Positions 1-5,032 of a stretch of DNA of 35,229 nt are shown one piece after another. The translations under genes were made by a program, and so were the position numbers. Within the stretch, counting starts at the first letter, position 1. The number at the start of each line of letters is the position of its first letter. A model generated the notes under the pieces. It did not search any database. It was not told where the DNA came from and saw only the letters and a list, made by a program, of their open reading frames with translations. The stretch covers positions 1-35,229 of IMG/VR virus record IMGVR_UViG_3300012942_000091. The stretch is one strand, 5' to 3'. This DNA comes from a virus. Taxonomy: Duplodnaviria > Caudoviricetes.

Positions 1-56
1 GATCCTTCACACCAGGACCTGACGAGAGTCAGTCTAGCACTATCTTTTGATGTGGC

Positions 57-146
57 CGACAGATATAAGGCGGAGTAGGAGGGTATGCAGCCCGGAGGCT
101 GCATCTTTGTCTGAGAAAGAAGTATCCTACCCCTTCGCACCTGTCG
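57..146 (-). ncRNA. Short Y RNA-like element (no tRNA-like domain)
   Basis: Minus strand: terminal stem CGACAGGUG/UAUCUGUCG, then CGAAG, inner stem GGGUAGGA/UCCUACUC, GGAUACUUC motif, capped by an AUGCAGCC/GGCUGCAU hairpin. Shares GGUGCG..AGGAUACUUC and UUAUAUCU motifs with the element at 292-433. Confidence 0.7.
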
Positions 147-291
147 ATGCGGAAGTTTGTTGCCGGACTTGGAATGTGGACCCTGGTGATCAACCCAGAA
201 CAACCCACAGACTCAGCGCCCACCAGTTAGGGTGTCCGGCGTGCTGGCCTAGGCTAGTTGGTTTATCGCTCGCGCCTAGGGCTTGAAGTGC

Positions 292-433
292 TGGATAGAT
301 ATAAAATCGCACGAGGTTCTTTTTGACCGCCGCTCTGCCATTGAGCTACAGCCCCCGCAATGGAGACTGACGGGACTCGAACCCGCAACCTACAGTGTTT
401 GCACGAAGTATCCTCGAACTACGCACCTATCCA
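292..433 (-). ncRNA. yrlA: YrlA-type Y RNA with circularly permuted tRNA-like domain
   Basis: Terminal stem UGGAUAGGUG/UAUCUAUCCA and inner CGAGG/CCUCG. Then an anticodon-like stem ACUGU/GCGGU, T arm GCGGG-UUCGAGU-CCCGU, acceptor stem CAGUCUCC/GGGGGCUG closed by an AUUGC loop, and D arm GCUC-AAUGGCA-GAGC. T arm preceding D arm is the established YrlA architecture. Confidence 0.85.
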
Positions 434-435
434 AG

Positions 436-518
436 TGAGGGTGGAGGGATTCGAACCCCCTAAGCCAAAGGCAACAGGGTTACAGCCTGCCGCGACACTC
501 CAACGTCGCCGCACCCCC
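436..518 (-). tRNA. tRNA-Tyr(GUA)
   Basis: Acceptor GGGGGUG/CACCCUC-A, anticodon loop CU-GUA-AC, long variable arm, T loop UUCGAAU. Confidence 0.93.
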
Positions 519-522
519 AATA

Positions 523-673
523 TCACCGGTTGCTCCACGCTTTCGCCATGCGTAAACCCGCTAGCTTTACGAGTTACGCGGTGGATGCATTGTCAGCTTC
601 CATGTAGTTTCGGCTGACGGCGCTGGTCAACGGATGCTGCAGTACCTACACTGTGCAACATCTCGCCCGGTGA
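523..673 (-). ncRNA. Unassigned multi-stem structured RNA (about 150 nt)
   Basis: Closing stem UCACCGG/CCGGUGA encloses three helical domains: GAUGUUG/CAGCAUC, GUCAGC/GCUGAC, and UCCAC/GUGGA with nested GCGUAA/UUACGC. G-U pairs favour the minus strand. Confidence 0.55.
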
Positions 674-683
674 AAGACCATCG

Positions 684-754
684 CGCGGAATGTAGGAATC
701 GAACCCACGTTTTCAGGTTTGGAAGCTGTTGCCCTACCACTGGACGAATTCCGC
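684..754 (-). tRNA. tRNA-Trp(CCA)
   Basis: Acceptor GCGGAAU/AUUCCGC-G73, loop UU-CCA-AA by position count, T arm GUGGG-UUCGAUU-CCUAC. Only 3 bp in the anticodon stem. Confidence 0.8.
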
Positions 755-834
755 ATATGATCTTGATTGGATCACTATTCAGTTGTACTGCTTCGGCAAG
801 ACTACACCATCTTTTAGAGGGACGCAACCTCACC

Positions 835-910
835 TGGCGACCCGTACGCGACTTGAACGCGCGATCTCTACCGTGACAGGGTAGCGCTTTAACCACTAAG
901 CTAACGGGCC
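835..910 (-). tRNA. tRNA-Asp(GUC), CCA encoded
   Basis: Acceptor GGCCCGU/ACGGGUC-G-CCA, anticodon arm CUACC-CUGUCAC-GGUAG. Confidence 0.95.
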
Positions 911-911
911 A

Positions 912-985
912 TGGGGTGTCCGAGCGGTACTAACCCGCCTTCCTCGCAGTCACAGTGCGATGCATTATCTTTATGCTACGGACAC
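912..985 (-). tRNA. tRNA-His(GUG), CCA encoded, no encoded G-1
   Basis: Acceptor GUGUCCG/CGGACAC-C-CCA, anticodon arm UCGCA-CUGUGAC-UGCGA, atypical T loop GUUAGUA. Confidence 0.85.
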
Positions 986-987
986 AG

Positions 988-1059
988 TACCGGTACCATG
1001 AGTCGAACATGGGCACGGAGGGTATGAGTCTCCTGCTCTCACCACTGAGCTACACCGGC
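988..1059 (-). tRNA. tRNA with CAU anticodon (elongator Met or Ile2)
   Basis: Acceptor GCCGGUG/UACCGGU-A, loop CU-CAU-AC, T loop UUCGACU. Confidence 0.9.
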
Positions 1060-1075
1060 ATATTCAATTATCAAG

Positions 1076-1149
1076 CACCCCGAGCTGGATTCGAACCAAA
1101 AGCATTAATCGGGTCAGAGCCGATCGTTCTACCGTTAAACTACCGGGGT
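1076..1149 (-). tRNA. tRNA-Gln(CUG)
   Basis: Acceptor ACCCCGG/UCGGGGU-G, anticodon arm AUCGG-CUCUGAC-CCGAU, T loop UUCGAAU with an imperfect T stem. Confidence 0.88.
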
Positions 1150-1180
1150 ATGAGGTGCATCCTCATACAATACACCTTCG

Positions 1181-1253
1181 TTGCGCCGACCGGATTCGAA
1201 CCGGTGTTCTCGCAGATCATGAGTCTGGTGTCGTACCACTGGACCACGGCGCT
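1181..1253 (-). tRNA. tRNA-Met(CAU), possibly initiator-like
   Basis: Acceptor AGCGCCG/CGGCGCA with an A1:A72 mismatch, loop CU-CAU-GA, T arm ACCGG-UUCGAAU-CCGGU. Confidence 0.88.
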
Positions 1254-1414
1254 TTAACCGGTCCTCTTTGCTTACAAGGCGGGACCGGCATCGAGCCTTG
1301 GCCGCAAGTTGACGTTTCTGCGAAACTTGCGGACTTTGATCGATGGCTTCTACCCCGACGCCCTTTTCGATAAATAGGCGCTACGTAATGGGGCTCAATC
1401 CCACCATCGACCCG

Positions 1415-1451
1415 TGGACCTGAAGAGATTCGAACTCTTCACGCCCCTTTG
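1415..1451 (-). ncRNA. Orphan tRNA-Ala 3' half / possible alanine minihelix
   Basis: Reads CAA-AGGGG-CGUG-AAGAG-UUCGAAU-CUCUU-CAGGUCC-A, with U70 and A73. No matching 5' half (GGGCCUG) found in the array. Confidence 0.65.
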
Positions 1452-1484
1452 ATGTGGAGAGCAAGCGATTCGCACTCCAATCAG

Positions 1485-1554
1485 TGGAGGATACCGGAAT
1501 CGAACCGGTCACGGATGGATTGCAAGTCGATCCTGGTTACCCAGACCATCCCCC
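1485..1554 (-). tRNA. tRNA-Ala(UGC) with atypical D arm
   Basis: Acceptor GGGGGAU/AUCCUCC-A with G3:U70, loop CU-UGC-AA, T arm ACCGG-UUCGAUU-CCGGU, D arm UCUGG-GUAA-CCAGG. Confidence 0.82.
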
Positions 1555-1577
1555 TCAGATATTCAGTTAGGAACAAC

Positions 1578-2288
1578 ATGACTACTATAGCAAGACCTTG
1601 CGCAAAGTGTCAAACTATTTTCGATGCCGATTCTCGCGAAATCAGGAGAGGCAACGGCAAGTACTGCTCTAGATCATGCTCAGCTAAATCACGCGGTAAG
1701 GCAACACCCAAGGAACCGAACAGAGAATGTGCATGGTGCGGAAAACGTATCTACCGGAGAATTGAAAGCAAGTCCGGCCTCTATTTCTGCTCCAAAGAGC
1801 ACCAGAATCTGTCTTTCGTATCTCCAGAGATTCCAATAAAGCCCGGACCTACCGGCCACCCATACCGCAAGCCACCGTTTCAGTGCTGCTGGCTCTTCGG
1901 GTGTCAATCACATACCTACGAGTACTACTGCCAGACTCACAAGAACATCGAGTCTCTGATATGCGACTGGCTCAATGGCGATAACGAGGCCACACTATCC
2001 GGTAGACACCAAAGTACTGCTCTATGGGTCAAGAAGATGCTCGTGTGGATCCGTGGTGATAGGTGTGAGGAGTGTGGGTTCGATGAAAAGCACCCTACAT
2101 TCGGTACATCTATCATCCAAATGGATCATAGAGATGGCAACTCAACAAACAACCTGATAGAAAACCTCAGGCTGCTATGCCCTAACCATCACGCAATGAC
2201 AGACACCTACGGGTCACGAAATAAAGCAGTTGGACGTCATCACCGAAGAATGTCCATCATCAAGATGGAGCTTGAAGCTGCTTCCTAG
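1578..2288 (+). CDS. HNH homing endonuclease with N-terminal zinc-finger repeats
   Basis: CxxC..YCSxxC repeats, then RCEECG...MDHRDGN..NN...NLRLLCPNHH. Start placed at ATG 1578 because the longer ORF overlaps tRNA-Ala. Confidence 0.9.
   Translation: MTTIARPCAKCQTIFDADSREIRRGNGKYCSRSCSAKSRGKATPKEPNRECAWCGKRIYRRIESKSGLYFCSKEHQNLSFVSPEIPIKPGPTGHPYRKPPFQCCWLFGCQSHTYEYYCQTHKNIESLICDWLNGDNEATLSGRHQSTALWVKKMLVWIRGDRCEECGFDEKHPTFGTSIIQMDHRDGNSTNNLIENLRLLCPNHHAMTDTYGSRNKAVGRHHRRMSIIKMELEAAS
1584..1613 (-). promoter_or_regulatory. SigA-type promoter inside the HNH 5' coding region, facing the tRNA array
   Basis: TTGACA (1613-1608), 18 nt spacer ending in TGC (extended -10), TATAGT (1589-1584). Confidence 0.65.
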
Positions 2289-2310
2289 CCGACACTATTC
2301 AATTGTCGAG

Positions 2311-2381
2311 CACCCCATGACGGTTACGATCCGTCGCATTCTGACTGAGAATCAGAGAGACTACCATTATCCTAATGGGGC
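2311..2381 (-). tRNA. tRNA-Glu(CUC)
   Basis: Acceptor GCCCCAU/AUGGGGU-G, anticodon arm UCUGA-UUCUCAG-UCAGA, atypical T loop AUCGUAA. Confidence 0.87.
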
Positions 2382-2390
2382 TTGTTTGAC

Positions 2391-2488
2391 GATCGAGCCG
2401 GATGGTAGGGTCCGTCCATCGTCACTAGCGATTAGCACCCTAAGGCGATCCTCGCCAGTCACCCTCGCAATCGGCTACCACCCCGATC
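2391..2488 (-). ncRNA. Unassigned structured RNA with possible pseudoknot
   Basis: Stems GAUCG/CGAUC, AGCCG/CGGCU, GAUGG/CCAUC and CUGGCGA/UCGCUAG, plus complementarity between UAGGGU and the loop sequence ACCCUA. Confidence 0.45.
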
Positions 2489-2533
2489 TTGAAGGCTCCA
2501 CGTAGCAAGTTTATACTCATTACTCGGGAGTTG

Positions 2534-2606
2534 TACACCCGGTAGGACTCGAACCTACGATAAGCTGTGTGTAAGACAGCCGCCTTAGCCGCTAGACGAC
2601 GGGTGC
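2534..2606 (-). tRNA. tRNA-Val(UAC)
   Basis: Acceptor GCACCCG/CGGGUGU-A, anticodon arm GCUGU-CUUACAC-ACAGC, T loop UUCGAGU. Confidence 0.94.
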
Positions 2607-2883
2607 AAACTTTTGTGTCCAGAACGTATCATACGATTGATCAGATCGGTTTTTGCTCTGGACGCGGAGTCGCGGGCGACTGGAATCATCCCCACTCAGC
2701 TCTCCCAAGCGATTACCAGTCGCATCGGGAGCCATGTCTCTATGAAGTTCTTCGATCACTATCTCAAGAAGTTTTTGGATGGGGCCAGGTTGACGTCGAA
2801 CTATGCCTCGTCACTCATAATCGTCCGTCGCCTATTACCGGTGACTCGACCCGAGCCCTACGAGCATCTTCTGTTGTACTTAT

Positions 2884-2912
2884 ATTTTAGCATAGGACAC
2901 ACCTGGTGTCCA
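2884..2912 (-). promoter_or_regulatory. Promoter heading the tRNA/ncRNA array
   Basis: TGGACA, 17 nt spacer ending in TGC, TAAAAT. An inverted repeat GGACAC-N5-GTGTCC overlaps the -35 and spacer. Confidence 0.65.
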
Positions 2913-2921
2913 TACTATCTC

Positions 2922-3362
2922 TTAGAACTCTGCTACCGTCAGAAACCCTTCCTTGAGTCGACTGATGCGCAACTCGTTGTTCCACCGGTAGTAAGCGAAG
3001 TCCGCCGTATCTGTTGGAAGAACCTCAACGACACTGTCGTTGAACGGAGCACGAATGGTGTTCCCGGTCTTCCTCGCCTCCTTCAACATCTCCTCGATCA
3101 GACCGCCGATATACCGGCCCAAACCTTTGGATCTGCTCCAGTTGGTAATCTTGCCGGTGGGCTCGTGACAGACGCCAGCGGTATGCCGCTCTACGATTCG
3201 AACGGCCCTGCTCAACCCATCACGCAAACCCTCGCGGTATTGAGACTCTGGTGCAATTCTATTGATCTCATCAGCGATCTTCGACACGATCTCAGCTACG
3301 TTGGACGCCACCGTCGCAGCAGTCCACTTCTCCACCTCGGAGCTAGGAATATTAACGAGCAT
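2922..3362 (-). CDS. Hypothetical protein (146 aa)
   Basis: ATG 3362 overlaps the upstream stop (TAATG coupling). Confidence 0.75.
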   Translation of the reverse strand: MLVNIPSSEVEKWTAATVASNVAEIVSKIADEINRIAPESQYREGLRDGLSRAVRIVERHTAGVCHEPTGKITNWSRSKGLGRYIGGLIEEMLKEARKTGNTIRAPFNDSVVEVLPTDTADFAYYRWNNELRISRLKEGFLTVAEF

Positions 3363-3721
3363 TACATCATCACCCCTATGTACTGTGCCGCCTCGCGCCA
3401 TCCTTGGGCTCGGATCTTGCGAATGGTGATGGCGGTCGGACTGTCGCCATCTTCATCCTTTGATTCCAAGGCCTCGATGGCAGAAGCCTCCTCATTGAGA
3501 TCATCTCGCAAGAACTTCACCAGCTCAGCCAGGACTGCCCCGGCCTGATGTTCTGCGAATGCCGCATGTCGTCGCACCGAGATATCCTCATCCGCCACAC
3601 GCTCCTTCGGAAAGATCCGCGCCTTGCAGGAGCAGATATCCGGTGAGCCCACGCCGCCCAGACCCAGGCCTTCCACCTGATGGGACTTCAGCGCCCCTGC
3701 AACTACCTTATCTGCGTTCAT
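3362..3721 (-). CDS. Hypothetical protein with H..CSC..H motif
   Basis: AGGAG RBS, tightly packed in the operon. Confidence 0.8.
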   Translation of the reverse strand: MNADKVVAGALKSHQVEGLGLGGVGSPDICSCKARIFPKERVADEDISVRRHAAFAEHQAGAVLAELVKFLRDDLNEEASAIEALESKDEDGDSPTAITIRKIRAQGWREAAQYIGVMM

Positions 3722-3729
3722 CTGTTCTC

Positions 3730-3903
3730 CTAAAACGGTAGCGGGCTGTGACAGCCCTCCGGGCAGGTGCCATCCTGCTCAATGACGTGGCCGTGCGGGC
3801 ATTCCAGCAGAAAATCCATGCCCATGTGTCCGTCGTAGACGCTCCACCCCTCCGGGAGCATCGACTCGACAATCGCTTCGATGTCGTCGTCTTCCATGAT
3901 CAT
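3730..3903 (-). CDS. Small Cys/His protein (57 aa, absent from the ORF track)
   Basis: Translates as MIMEDDDIEAIVESMLPEGWSVYDGHMGMDFLLECPHGHVIEQDGTCPEGCHSPLPF. ATGA overlap with the upstream stop, and it fills the gap between neighbours. Confidence 0.8.
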   Translation of the reverse strand: MIMEDDDIEAIVESMLPEGWSVYDGHMGMDFLLECPHGHVIEQDGTCPEGCHSPLPF

Positions 3904-4379
3904 GCAACCTTTCCTGAGAATGCGCCACGCTCGTGAAACATGATCGTCAGCATGAGACGGGCCTCATCGCCCATCATCTTCTCCACGAGATCCAGCATGT
4001 TGATCATGAACTGCTGACCGTGGTTCTCTTCCAGATCACTCATGGCATGGGCCAGCTCGTGCAGCACCACGACCTCTCGCATAGCCCAGCGATCCAGCGT
4101 CGGGATGGCGATCTGATTCTTGAGGTATTCGAAGTGAGCAATCGTCTGTCCCTTACGCTCGCGAACGTGCGGAGCACGGGCTATGCCCATGATGTAGCAG
4201 ACCTGGTCGACGTAGCGCTGGATGTTCTCCAGTTGCCCGAACTTGCGCTCCAGCGGAACCACGATCCGGGATCCGGCCAGCTCGATGATCGGATAGTCGT
4301 ACTGTCGATCCAACACCTGACGAAACTCGTTCTCGGCCGCATACACCTTGCTGGTCTGCGTGTCGTAGCTGCGAGTCAT
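3900..4379 (-). CDS. HEXXH metallohydrolase, TIGR04338 / Rv0185-like
   Basis: N-terminal DTQTSKVYAAE, ERKFG, VRERKG..AH, WAMREVVVLHELAH and HG..F motifs. Confidence 0.85.
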   Translation of the reverse strand: MTRSYDTQTSKVYAAENEFRQVLDRQYDYPIIELAGSRIVVPLERKFGQLENIQRYVDQVCYIMGIARAPHVRERKGQTIAHFEYLKNQIAIPTLDRWAMREVVVLHELAHAMSDLEENHGQQFMINMLDLVEKMMGDEARLMLTIMFHERGAFSGKVA

Positions 4380-4380
4380 G

Positions 4381-4638
4381 TCATGCCTCCAACTGCTCGA
4401 TGACCCAGTCGGCCTTTCCGGCGCCGACCGTGTGACGACCACCGCGCCGATTGGTGCTGGCGTAGATGACACCTCCGGTAACGCTGAGGAACACGTCCAC
4501 ATACAAGGTGCGACGACGATACCTAACCGCGTCACCGATGTTGTTCACGCTCCTGGTCCAGCCGTTTGCTCCTGCCACCGCATCGATGCGATCGGTGGTG
4601 TCGCTGGTGTGCCCGGTGGGCTGCATGGTGGTCTCCAT
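4381..4638 (-). CDS. Hypothetical protein, probably leaderless
   Basis: 85 aa ORF whose ATG lies 7 nt after a -10 box. Confidence 0.75.
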   Translation of the reverse strand: METTMQPTGHTSDTTDRIDAVAGANGWTRSVNNIGDAVRYRRRTLYVDVFLSVTGGVIYASTNRRGGRHTVGAGKADWVIEQLEA

Positions 4639-4640
4639 GA

Positions 4641-4811
4641 CTATGATTCTACCCCACTAAAAGATAGGTGTCCAGACCCTCTTGTCAGCTCGTCCAGCTC
4701 GCGCTCACGGCATTCCGCCATTCTGCACGACCAGATGTGGATCTCCCGTCCCAGCACATGAAGCACATGGTGCTGTTGCCAGCGACCGCAGTAGACACAT
4801 GTCGGAATCAC
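4641..4811 (-). CDS. Small putative zinc-binding protein
   Basis: GTGA-coupled start, CVYC...C....C. Confidence 0.6.
   Translation of the reverse strand: MIPTCVYCGRWQQHHVLHVLGREIHIWSCRMAECRERELDELTRGSGHLSFSGVES
4646..4674 (-). promoter_or_regulatory. SigA-type promoter with CTATCTTTTAG spacer motif
   Basis: TGGACA, 17 nt spacer, TAGAAT. Confidence 0.65.
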
Positions 4812-5032
4812 AAGATCACCAGTATCCCGATCAAGATAGCCATGACGCAAAACAGGATGACCGCCACGTAGCTAACAGCCTCCACGGTGCTGCTACGAGG
4901 TGGAACCCCCATGAAGCAGTCGTCGCACTTTGCGCCGTCATCGGTGTTCCAGTACTGTTCACCGTCAGGGACGGGTCGGTGGCAACCCCCGCAGTCCACC
5001 GCCCGCCCCTGCACTGATACCAATCTAGACAT
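4808..5032 (-). CDS. Small zinc-finger membrane protein
   Basis: CGGC...CDDC followed by a C-terminal hydrophobic helix. Start is coupled to the upstream stop. Confidence 0.7.
   Translation of the reverse strand: MSRLVSVQGRAVDCGGCHRPVPDGEQYWNTDDGAKCDDCFMGVPPRSSTVEAVSYVAVILFCVMAILIGILVIL

Noticed and set aside
19-32. Hammerhead core CUGACGA
   Set aside because: It is part of a simple CTGAC-GAGA-GTCAG hairpin, with no correctly placed GAAA or stems.
326-397. A conventional tRNA or pseudo-tRNA
   Set aside because: The halves are in permuted order with no anticodon loop and sit within a larger terminal stem, which is better explained as YrlA.
684-754. tRNA-Gly(UCC) reading
   Set aside because: Position counting centres CCA in the loop, and the discriminator is G rather than the U73 of bacterial tRNA-Gly.
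755-834. Structured RNA between tRNA-Asp and tRNA-Trp
   Set aside because: Only 3-6 bp hairpins with no closing stem, within chance expectation.
29-1373. ORF-track ORFs across the tRNA array
   Set aside because: They overlap tRNA and Y RNA genes and lack RBSs and protein motifs.
1415-1850. tmRNA ending at CAGGUCCA
   Set aside because: No GGGCCUG-like 5' end 350-430 nt upstream (that region is HNH coding) or just downstream, and no tag ORF seen.
2613-3548. 311-aa plus-strand ORF
   Set aside because: It runs antisense across two coupled minus-strand genes and the array promoter, with no RBS. Probably a shadow ORF, although a degraded gene at its 5' end cannot be excluded.
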